Shown here: positions 13,901-25,900 of the stretch, one piece after another
Layout: each line of letters opens with the position of its first letter
Position numbering within the stretch: the first letter of the stretch is position 1
NCBI GenBank assembly: GCA_051362555.1
Contig: CM120640.1
Span: forward strand, 18,042,001 to 18,106,000
Source of the DNA: Lingula anatina
Taxonomy: Eukaryota; Animalia; Brachiopoda
Length of the DNA stretch: 64,000 nt
Direction: 5' to 3'
Notes under the pieces: model-generated
What the model saw: only the letters and a program-made list of their open reading frames with translations
Told to the model about the DNA's origin: nothing
Database searches by the model: none
Program-made: the position numbers and the translations under genes

Positions 13901-16900
13901 CTTTACAGAATAGGGGATAATCCTCAAAGGGAGAGACATAGACATTCCAATCAACACAGTATTTACTGCCCATAATCAAGGGAAACGAGCCTTTCTTTTT
14001 CTCCTTTCATTTAACATTGAATTTTTTGCTGACTAATTGTTTTGAGATCTTGAGGGGGTGGTGGAAGGGGCGAGGAGGAAAAAGAAATAATGTGTTCTTG
14101 ATTGATTTGAAACATGTTGAAAGTGTTTTCTTTATTACTCTATCTGTCCGTCCATGAATAGCTAAGAAATAAGCTGCTGGTGTACATTCAGAGGAGACAA
14201 ACATTTTGAAAATTCACTTTTCCTGCACTGATAGAAAAAAATGGGCATTTTTATTCATTTGAAGACAACCCTCCTGCAGAGCACAGAAATGGCAAATTGA
14301 TAACATGCTGCGAATGGCAGAATGCTAAATTAAATCAAGTGAGGCTCATAGGAGGAAACTATTGACAAGATTTCACTTTTATTACGTAGGTGTTTGTGAC
14401 GGTCAATCCTGAAGAGCGTGCTGAACTTCAGAGAAGGGTAAGTAGAGATTGAAGAAGTTCGATTTCTTAATAATCAATTTCCCAAGAGAGATTAATTCAG
14501 AATACTGTCATTTTCTAATGGACTTAATGAGTTTATTACTTGAGGCTGCGATTCAGAAAGTGAGTGGGTGAAAGGGCCCATTTAAGTACACAGAAAATGT
14601 ATTTCTGACCAAAAATATTGAAAAGTTATTTGTGAAAAAATTGATCGAAAAAATTCTTATGACAAAAGCTTATCATATAATGTTTCATCACTTACTAGAA
14701 AATGTTTACTTAATATCATAAAAAAGTGGTGAAAAGTGATTGCTAATTGTTTTTAGTCTTCATGTTATTTGATTTAAAACATGACATTTCTGATAAAACA
14801 ACTTTTCTGTGTGGAATGTTTTTTTCAGTATTGATTAACAGTGGTTGGTTTTTGTCTGTCCAGGTGTTTGTATTACGTAAGCAAGCCACCCACAGGATTC
14901 CACAGCTGGGGTTTAGGTTCTACATATGCAGTCTGTCCACAGCCACCATAGTCTACAAGGTGAGTATTTTATCTAGAATAAATGGGCGAATAGTTAATTT
15001 CACAGTATCTTTCATACTCTTCTAAAATAATAACTGGGGTAAAAAAAAGATTATCAATTATCTTAGCTAATTAGTATCGCAGTGAAAAATGAGGATTGTA
15101 ATTACAGAAGCTGAAATATGAGGGTATATAATTTGAATATAAAATTCTAGGAGGAAAAATGGTTCCCAGGTTTCCCCTGGAGGTTTTGGATGATTTCACA
15201 CCCAGATTAAAGCAAAACAGCAAAGTCTGTTATCTTGACAAGGCTTGCCATATCATATATTGATTTGCAAGAAGATTGCTTCCTTTCATTCACAGCCATG
15301 CGCTATGTAGGTGTATATTAGGATAACAAGGTTTTAAAGGCAGACTAAATTGATTTCTTTGACGCACAAGCTGAAAGCAAAAGAAAAAACAATAGTTCAT
15401 GTAGGTGGATCAAAAATTGTAAATGCCATCTCACTACTGAGATTCATGCTCATGGAAATTAAAGTGGAATGCAACCAATATAGGGGTTCCTGGAACATTT
15501 GGTTTATCAAACTACAGCTTCAATCTAGATGGGATAGTAAACATCATAGTTATTCATAGGTACACGCTTTCTTTGTCCCTAATAAAGATCTATTATGGTT
15601 GGAAGTTAATCAGTATAAAAATCAATAGACTATGTTACAGATTTATGTAGTATGTAAATGCCTAGGAAGCAATCATGCCACTTTTTAGAGATGTGGATGC
15701 TTATGTTTCTATCTTCATATTAAAGGACAATGTTCATGTAAAAATCCATTTCTCGAATTTTGAAGATACAGCACTCAATCTATACACTAGAGGTATGTTT
15801 TAATCGATCCCCGCCAATTAAAAATTATAAAAACAATCTATTAGTAGAAAAAAAAGCGTTTTAGTAAACCTCACCTCAATATGCAAAAATGAAGCAACAG
15901 ATCTGGGTCACGTGATACTGTGACGACAATCACGATAAAGGTCTATGAGACTCAACTGAGCTGCATGGTGCATTCAGACGGAGAAGTTAAGGAAAGTTGT
16001 GTTGAACGGAGTTGAGGAATTTTCGTTATGCCTCGGTGTGTTGCCGTGGGATTCACCAAAATTGCAGCTCTCGTTGACAATCTTTCTTTGTCTGTGACGG
16101 TCTTCCGTGACTTACTTACTGACTTCGGTGACAATAGTTGCGATGCTCTAGATCATGGTCACCTCAGGTGGTTTAGATCATATCAAGAGCTGGTAGTCTT
16201 TCAGATTAACTGTCATCAGTTGGCAAACTTACTGATTGCTGATGCATTTTAAATGCATTGTAGTTGACCAAAAGCTCGTTTACAACAAACCTGTTAATTA
16301 TGCACCGCTGCAATTCCCAAGCCAGGTAATAACAGGTATGAAACTCGTCTTGGTGGGCTTTCATATTTTTCAATATATCTCATTTATTTCATGGGGTTAT
16401 TTTATTGGTATTTGTAAATGACGTTAAATATCAATACTTAAACAATTAAGTTCAAACACGGTCGCGAACATTAATAAAAGAAATTGCTCTCAGGGTATCT
16501 TGAAGCTTCCGTGGAAGAAAACGTGTTGAGGAAAAACAGAAAAAAGAGCGTTATATTAAAGAAAAAATGGGAACTGCTATAATAAAATGGTTCGTTATCC
16601 TAATTCGTTTATGCTTTGAGGATTTGTTTCTGAAGATTATTTCATCTGAAATATTAAATAATTTAAAAGATTTATTATTTTATAACTTGAAACGCAAATT
16701 CTGCGTCAGTACGCAATTTTTTTTTTTTTTTTTTTTTTTTGCAAATTTGTAAGCTTATAACACCGTGCTATAAAGATCTACTCAAGAAAAAAATTTGCTT
16801 GGGTAAAATTGAGTACGGAATGAACTGGAGACACTTGGCTTGTCATTAAGTTTACACGAAAATATGTCAGGAAACTTTATACTGTCTTTGAAAGAGTAAA

Positions 16901-19900
16901 GATTGAAAGATAATTTTAGACAAACTTTGACGGGGGAAATACCTACAAAGAGTAATGGGCTATTTCGCCAACATCTTGTTGAAAATTTTGCACTGCAATT
17001 CTATTCAAATAAGCTAAGGAACTAATTGCCAAATTAATACTCTCATCACATAACAGGGGGGTAACCAGACCTGCAAAAATTGTACGCACATATTTAAAAA
17101 GATAACAAGCACATACAGCAAAATGTAGACTTACGCAAAACATGAAGGACAGCGTAATCACAGCAAATGTACCTCATATAGTAGCTTAATTTCCATTAAT
17201 AATAAAATCATCATTTAAGTCAAAAATATTCTTGCGATTTAATAACTATTTTAATTTACCCAGAACGGTATATTTATTTTAAAGGCGGTAAACTGAAATA
17301 TAGTTTTATGATTTGTTTGTGAAAATTGCCCATGTCACCCTGTTAGTTTGGAGGTCTAAGCTGGATCAAGTCCGTGTTAAAATTCCTATGAAGTTGTGCA
17401 GGAAAAATTCTTCCTTTCTTTCTCTAGCTCCTCGATGAACCTGGTGTTCAGATTTTATCTAGTACCCCCAGGTCTACGGGAGCTGCGCTTTGTAACTAAC
17501 GCACAGGTAGATTTTTACCTGAGATAACTGGAGTAAAGCTTAGATAGAGAGTGCGTTCGATACAAGCAAGACAAATTGAATGCCATTTAACCCTCTAATT
17601 AAGAGGTAAAGGAAGTTCCAGTTAGATGGATGATTAAGATAGGACTTGTAAAGGTAACGGGCATTGTTTACCTCAGTTTAATAAAAGTATGCAAGATGGA
17701 GTGTCAGCGGTTTAATAAAATAAATTGAATTTCACAAATAACATGGACCTCATATGCAATAATCAACATTTCCCTTAACTCATTCAAATGAAGTGTTTTA
17801 TACAACTTGGGATAACCATAATGAAATGCTTGTTAAAGAAATGACTAGACGGGAAATGGTTTTACACAGCTTCACGAGGATTTAGACCCCTCGGGTAAGA
17901 GATTTGAATGAGTATAAACTTTTATCAGAAGCCAGAGAAGTCATCTTACAGGTAGACAATGCAGCTCAGTTTGACAGCTAAGCACGCTCTGTTCTCCAGT
18001 GGCTCGATTGTCGTCATTGGACCACGTGACCACGTAGCTCATTAACTCCTAGGCCGAGCAAATAGGACGTTTTTTAAAGCCAAAAATTTACAAAATGAGC
18101 GTTTAATTTGTGTATTTGGATAAAGATATCGTTAGTTGGGCATGTTTTCTGAAGAATATGTTCCGTTCAGGCCATTCTGACGGCATGAAGCAAACCCTGA
18201 AAAGGGATAATAACTGTTCGTTTTGGCCAAAAATGAATTTTTCTGGAGTAAACAACAATTTTCCCATACTTACCAATGCTATAACTGCCATATTTGTGGT
18301 AAAACAGAATATATTATATTTCTGTGAGTTGTTTACAATGTTTTTATTGTGAAATATACATCTCATACGAAGAGTTTCAGATCAATAGACTATCCCTTTC
18401 AGATCATGTAAAGGTCACTGTCACATGCTTAACTAGTGATTTTGGTGATATTAATCTTTGGATAAAATTAATTGTACCTATGAACTTTGCTTTTTGTTTT
18501 TCCTAGGGCTTGTTTACATCCAGACAGATCTGGCATTACTATAAGGACTTAAGTGATCCTGACTTCAAGACTCATGTGGCCTTGGTGCACAGTCGATTTT
18601 CAACTAACACGTTTCCCTCCTGGGAGAGAGCACACCCACAGAGGTAATGATATCAAGTAACACATTTCACATCCATGGAAGTTGGCATCTCAACTAACAC
18701 ATTTCTCTTTCTTAGAAAATATCTTAAGTGATATAATCTGATTGGTTATGTTTACCACCTGTGAAAATATTTAACTGGAATGTAATTGAGCTAAAGAATA
18801 TGTGAGATATATGGTTTTAATTTTGTAAATATTTGCCATGTAGAAATATGGTTGTTTAAATGTAAAAATTTCTTTTTTCTATGAAAACCTACATATTCCT
18901 CTATATGTAGATATCTGGCTCACAATGGGGAGATCAACACCCTACGTGGCAACATCAACTTGATGAAGGCTCGTGAAGGGGTAATGAAGAGCTCCACGTT
19001 TGGCGATGACTTGCAGAAGTTGTACCCTGTGGTTGAGAAGAATTTATCAGACTCTGGAATGTTTGATAATGTGCTGGAGTTCCTGTGTGCTGCAGGGGGC
19101 AGAGAGCTACCAGAGGTATGGAAGATGTCATAAGTTTATGTTGTAAGAAATCTGAAGAAAAATTATTTTTGAAACTTCTGAATTAGCAGTTATGGACAGC
19201 AAAAAATTTAGAGGTACTAGTATGCCCAACTTAAATGGTCCCACAGTACATTTATTGAGAAATAACCTAGGAGCGAGAGTTAATTTTAACACTTACACTT
19301 AATTATATATTATTTACTTAAAAGTCAGCAGTCTGAAGGATTTCATCAAAAACACTCTTTTAGGCCATCATGAACATGGTCCCTGAAGCCTGGCAGAACG
19401 ACAAGACCATGCCAGAACTGAAAAAGAACTACTATCACTACTGTGCATTTGGAATGGAGCCATGGGATGGACCTGGTATGGCTGTGACTTGCAGTTATTG
19501 ATAAGAAATGGAATCACTTCTTGTAAAATTCAGTTTATAATATACATTGTTTACTTCTCTTTTGGTACATTATCAGGGCGTCAAGTTCCTATTTTTTCCT
19601 GTTTTTTGGAGATCTTCCTATTTCTTCCTATTTTCTAGAGAAAATTCCTATTTTTTCCTATTTTTTTGTCTATAAGAGGCCGTGGTTTAAGCCTGCAGCT
19701 CAACAATACACTCATAATATATCACGTACAGCTCGGCAACTTGTATTTGTACACACATGTACCTATTTAGCTAGGTGTGACAGAGCCTTTAGCATTTTAT
19801 GTTGCTGTTTGTAAATTTGTTAGATAAATTATTGTTGTTACACTAAATAGTGTTATTTACTACAATTAAAGATGTGTATTACACCAGTATGGCTTTAGAG

Positions 19901-22900
19901 GTGTTGGAAAGCCATCTTTCTTTTAGAATAATTCCTATTTTTCCTATATTTTTTTGATAAAATTCCTATATTTGTCCTATTTTTTAAATTTTTTCCTCCT
20001 ATTTTTCTATTTTCTGAAGTTCCGTTATAACTTGACGCCCTGCATTATTTAAGTTGCTTAGTTACTGATTAAAAACTTAAGTCATGGCCTAGGAAAATAG
20101 AATTTAAGAAATGGTGAATATCATTTACAGAATTTTTCCCTGTATGTAAGAAGCTAGGCATTTTTGTTACATTGTTGATGTACATGTAATAAGATACAGA
20201 ACAGCAGTCCCAGTAAGCATATTATTTTTGTAGCCCTTCTTGCCTTCTGCGATGGGCGTTATGTTGGGGCCATCTTGGATAGGAATGGCCTCCGACCCTC
20301 TAGATTCTATGTTACCAGTGATAATCATCTTATCATGGCCAGTGAGGTGGGAGTGACTGACTTCACACCCCCTAATATTAAACAGAAGGTATGAACTGAT
20401 GTAAAGCTAATAATGTTTGTAGAAGTTCCATGAATGATTTAAAATCGTACTTTAAGGCACATTTAGATATAGTGATTGTTATCTGGATAATTTTACACTA
20501 CCTAGTTTTGAAGGTTATAACATTTATATTTTTCGTTTGTTCATTCAACTCACTTATTTTACCTTCATCATATGGTGGCAAGGAAAAGAAAAAATAAAGT
20601 TGAAATGTTTTGGTAATTCATTATATCTTTAGATAATTTGCAAGTTCATTGGCATGTTTCAGGGCCGTTTGAAACCAGGCCGCATGTTGCTGGTTGACAC
20701 AGAGGAGAAACAGTTTCTGCAAGATGATGTCATCAAGAATAAACTTGCCACACTGCGGCCACATGGGGAATGGTTGAAAGAGGTACAGTTTTTATTGTTT
20801 TAATTAGTACCACCAGCGTGTACGCTGGCGGTACTCATGGTTTTAGTCCCGACCCGTCTCGTCCGGCTCCGCCGGCTCCGCCGGCTCCGCCGGCTCCGTT
20901 GGCTCCGCCGGCTCCGCCGGCTCCGTAAGCTCCGCCGGCTCCGCGTACTGGCGCCGGATACAAGTCACCGTTACCGCTTCTCCTCCTAGACCGCAAGGAC
21001 CCCTGTCCCCATCTCTTGGATTTAGGTCACATATAACCTCAACTTGAACCCCCAGGTTTTTTTGTCTCAGTCGGTACATTGACCTGGGCGTGACGCTCCT
21101 TGAAATGCACCCTTGTCAAAATTTTTGAAAATTCAATGCCAATTATCTACCCTACGGAAGGAATTATGGGAAAATTTTCTACAGACGGCTTTCCAAAAGT
21201 CATATGTGTAGATTTCAAATATGCCCTTGGATTTGACCTTTGACCTTTATTTCAAGGTCAAACGGGCCAAAATTTTCAAAAAAATGAAATTTTTTACGAA
21301 AAAAAATTTTATTTGCACTGTTATTCAGACACTACACAGACTTAACCAATAATTATATTGGAAAGTGTTACCCTTTGGGTCATCTTTCATCTCTGTGAAT
21401 TTGGGGTCAATCGGTGCATTTTCACAGGAGTAGCGGCCATAAAATACCGAAAATGAAAACTGTCTCTAATTCGGGAACCGTTAATGCTAGCGACCCGTTC
21501 TTTTTTGCATTTTGTAGAGCATGTAAAGCCCAACACTGAGAGTGGTCTCCGTTTTTTTGTATTTCATACGGTTTTCGTGTTATGCTGTATTAAAAAGTAC
21601 TTTGTGGTGGCACATTTTTGTAACTCAGAATTGTAACATTTAGTCCCTTATATCTCCAAAACTGGCAGAGATAGGTCAATAGTTATTATTTAAGTTGAAT
21701 AGGAAGTCATTTACTTGCAATCTAGATGTGAGCTTGAAATTGACCTTTGACCTACTTTTCACCATGAACTGAACTTTGCAAATTTTTGTTCCCTTTTATC
21801 TCCAAAACTGGCAGAGATAGGTCAATAGTTACTATTGAACTTGAATAGGAAGTCACATACTGGCAATTTAACAGTGACCTTAAAATTGACCTTTGACCTA
21901 CTTTTCACCATGAATTGAACTTTGCCAATTTTTGTTCCCTTTAATCTCCAAAACTGGCAGAGATAGGTCCATAGTCACTATTAAACTTGAATAGGAAGTC
22001 ACATATTGGCAATTAATCAGTGACCTTAAAATTGACCTTTGACCTACTTTTCACCATGAATTGAACTTTGCCAATTTTTGTTCCCTTTAATCTCCAAAAC
22101 TGGCAGAGATAGGTCTATAGTTACTATTGAACTTAAATAGGAAGTCATGAACTGGCAATTTACTGTGACCTTTAAATTGACCTTTGACCTTCCTTTTACT
22201 ATGAACTGAACTTAGCAAATTTTCGTTCACCTTTATCTTCAAAACTGACAGATAGGTCCATAGTTACTATTGAACTTGAATAGGAAGTAATACACTAGCA
22301 ATCTGTGACCTTGAAATTGACCTTTGACCTACTTTTTATGATGAACTGCTTTTTGCATGTTTTCTGGCCTTTAAATCTGCAAAATTGGCAAAGAAATGTC
22401 CATAGTTGCTATTGAACTTGAATAGAAATTCATATACTATGATATTGAAATTGACCTTTGACCTACTTTTTCACCATGAACTGAGCTTTGCATATTTTCT
22501 TGCCTCTCATATCTTTAAATCTAGCAGAGATGTGCCCATTGTTTCCCCTAGGTTTTCTCTTTTGTCAGCATATATGCACCATTGACAACACATTTCAAGG
22601 AAAACCAATAGGCCTTTTGTCTAGAGAATACAGTAGTGAGCAAGGGTAGGAAAATGCAAGTCAATTTGAAAATCTGCTTGATTGTATCATTTTTAGTTAT
22701 ATTTTTTGCATATTTTGAGAACTCTTGTTGATTGCATCTTATAGAGCTTGTCAAACACCAGACTGGTGATGGTGTCCCTTTTAGGAGGGGGGGGGGGGTC
22801 CATACGAATGCGCTTACTCCAGCTGGTGGTACAATATCTGGAGGCGGTATCGCCTCTCTGATCCTCTAGTTAATATATTTTTTTGTTAAATTATGATTGA

Positions 22901-25900
22901 TTTTTCTAAAATCATCAGAGATACACTGTAAGCTGCCTTGCATATCAGATGTTTTGTCACGCAAGTGATGATAAGACGATGTAAATTAGCAAAGTATGGC
23001 AGCTGTTGAAGGTGTAGATTAACTGCATGGTGCTCTTTCCTGTAAAAATATACAACAGCCTTATGTAGCAGGTGTATCACATGTTTTCCAGATCATCACC
23101 ATGGCAGATCTTTTTGAAGCCTACGATGATGAAAAACTCCACAACTCGGAGCACATCCTGGGTGTGAATGATGTGGATAACATGGTGAACGGCATCACTG
23201 AGAATGGCATGCCAGGAGTGAGTGGCAGTGTGGTGGAGGAGGACAGGAGACTGCCGTTGTTTGGGTACACTGTTGAGACACTGAACTTCTTGGTGTTGCC
23301 CATGGTCAAAGCTAGGTGAGAAAGAGAGAGGATGACGGTTTGATTTTGTTATCAAAGATAGCGATGTGTCTTGCCAACAGACTGCTGCATGGGATGACTT
23401 GATATTGCTACATTGTTGTAACCGACACTTTTTTCTTTGTGTGAAATTATATTATGTCATATTATGTACATTGAATTAGTAAACGATATGTTACAAACGT
23501 AGTTACAACAAATGATTCTTGATTGTTTCTTCATTATACAAACAGTATTGCAAAAATACAAGGCATGATATTGTTCAGAAGACAGCAGCAGCTAATGTTT
23601 CATTGTTACACTGGACAATACCTCTTTCATACCGTCAACTCACATTTCAGCAGACATTTAAATTGTTGAGAAGGAAGAAAGAAAAAAATTTGCACGGGTT
23701 TTTTAACCTCTAAGACAGATGAAAGTGGATTTCATTATCAGTTCCATTTTACCGGTTCTTTAAAAATTAATATTGTGATTGTATAATTCTGCCTAAAGAT
23801 TTTTGTTGATTCTTTTCCAGGAAGGAAGCCCTGGGGTCTATGGGAAATGATGCCCCCCTGGCCTGTATCTCTGAGTTCAATCCTCTGATGTTTGATTATT
23901 TCAAGCAGCTGTTTGCACAGGTCACCAACCCTCCCATTGATCCTTTCAGAGAGAAAGTTGTGATGTCTCTGGTAAGTAACATTCCATGATGTAAGATATA
24001 TGAAAAGCAATAATGCAAGTCTAGATGAGATTCAGTCATTTTGTGAATATGTTTTTAGGCAGTGTATTGATACACATATGACATGGCTTTAGGTTTCTAC
24101 AATAAATAAATTTTGATTCCTACTCTGTTTGCCTTCATTTATTTCATATTAAAAAACGTATTATAAGTGCAGCAGTCAACAGCACTCAAATTTAAAGTAA
24201 TGAAAGTATATTTGTAAAATGTACAAATAAATATATTTGTAATACTCATGAAAAAATTCTTTTATGATGCTCAAAATGTATTACTACAACAGCTCTCACT
24301 AGTCTGATCTACATCTCACGTTCTCTTTCCAGGCATGTCCAGTTGGTCCTGAACAGAATATTCTAGAACCCAACCGTCTGCAGTGCCAGCGCCTATGGCT
24401 AGATCAGCCATTGCTGTCCCTCATTGACTGTGATGTCATCAAGGGAATAAATTACAAAGGATGGAAAGTAAGAACACCATATCCATAATTATATCTATCG
24501 TGTTGTTCAGGTATATTTCTAAATAGGCACTTGTTCCACTGTTGCTAAAGAAAGCAGAGCTTCGGTTCATAAGAATTTGCACATTCAGCTAAAGCGGCTG
24601 ATAGACCTGTTGGAACATTATGCAATTATATACATTAATGTTTCATTTCAAGTGTTTAGAAGCAACATGTTTAGCCACAAAGCATAGTTATGATGTGTTA
24701 TGTATATCTCAGTTTGCTGATTGTCTTTTCCTTATTTACCCCAGGCCAAAGTGCTGAACATGGTGTTTCCTGTGGCGTTTGGAGACAAGGGTCTGGTACC
24801 AGCCTTGGACAGGTTGTGTGCCGAGGCAGCAGAGGCAGCCATTGAGGGATATCAGCTGATTGTGCTGTCAGATCGCAAAGTGGACAGAAACCATGTGAAC
24901 ATCAGGTACGTATGTGTTTCTTTCAAACTGTGTTTCATATTGTTTTAAGTTATTGATGCTTTTTGTGGCCTAGGAATATCAGCAAAAAGATTGAGGTTGA
25001 ATATAATCAAAAATGCAGGTATAAGATGCAGCATGATGTCATATTCATGTATATCAGTGTATATATATCCTATATTTTTCAGCTCATTGTTGGCCATTGG
25101 AGCAGTGCACCACTACCTGATAGATCATAAACTCAGGATGAAAGTTGGGCTCATTCTTGAAACTGGAGAGGCAAGGTAAAGATTTGTTTGTAACTTATTT
25201 GTCAGGAAAAAATTGAAATTTTAAATTAGGGTAATTTCATTTGGGATAGTTGATATTAGCTATAAATGTTCTGTATTCTGCAATTTTGATTTTTTTTCAT
25301 AGAAAATTAACATTTCTTCTGCATCTTTCTTGCCTATGGCTCAGCTAGATGCAGTCTCTCCCTGTCTGCTTCTACAATGTAGGTAGCTTTGGAACAAAGA
25401 ATGCTAAAATATTGAATTAAATAAGCTGCATAGTCTATATTAATTTCTCTGTATTTGAAATTTGATGTACCTTTTCAGAGAAGTCCATCATTTCTGTACG
25501 CTTCTTGCCTATGGTGCAGATGCAATATGCCCTTACCTCGTCCTCGAGTCCCTAGGAAGGTTGCGAGACCAAGGTCTTATGGAGCCCCCACTGTCAGACA
25601 TTGAGATATTTGACAACTACATGGCGGCTACAGCTCGTGGCATATCAAAAGTGATGGCTAAGATGGGGATATCTACACTGCATAGCTACAAGGTGAGATT
25701 GGCTGATTACCCTTGTTTTTTTTTATAAATAGTTATTGATAAGTTTATAAAAGATGAAATATAATAGTTTATGTTTGGAAGTGAAATTAAACTGTTTTTT
25801 CTGTTTGCAGCTGTGAAATTGAAGTATTTATACCTACTAAAAATTCTTGTTTTGTGATGCAGAGTATTTAAAAAAATATCTACTACAGCTTCAACCTTAT

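Larger units (their letters stand above)
20804..22870 (+). mobile_element. Helentron-associated non-autonomous element (HINE/DINE-1-like) with internal tandem array
   Basis: 5' subTIR GTACCACCAGC (20807-20817) folds with an adjacent IR GCTGGCGGTAC (20824-20834). This is followed by a 9-bp microsatellite, a 146-bp array, the 3' subTIR GCTGGTGGTAC (22822-22832), a terminal stem-loop GAGGCG-GTAT-CGCCTC (22841-22856), then CTAG and TT. This is the established HINE modular order. Confidence 0.85.

Noticed and set aside
17472-17506. 35-nt AG...GT-bounded segment as a poison exon
   Set aside because: Lies in a TE-like insert, has a weak polypyrimidine tract, and such pairs are common by chance.
20843-21079. 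ORF with EPA repeats
   Set aside because: Translation of the HINE 9-bp microsatellite.
21630-22540. Regularly spaced repeats resembling a CRISPR array
   Set aside because: The whole 146-bp unit repeats with no unique spacers, it lies in a eukaryotic intron, and there are no cas genes.
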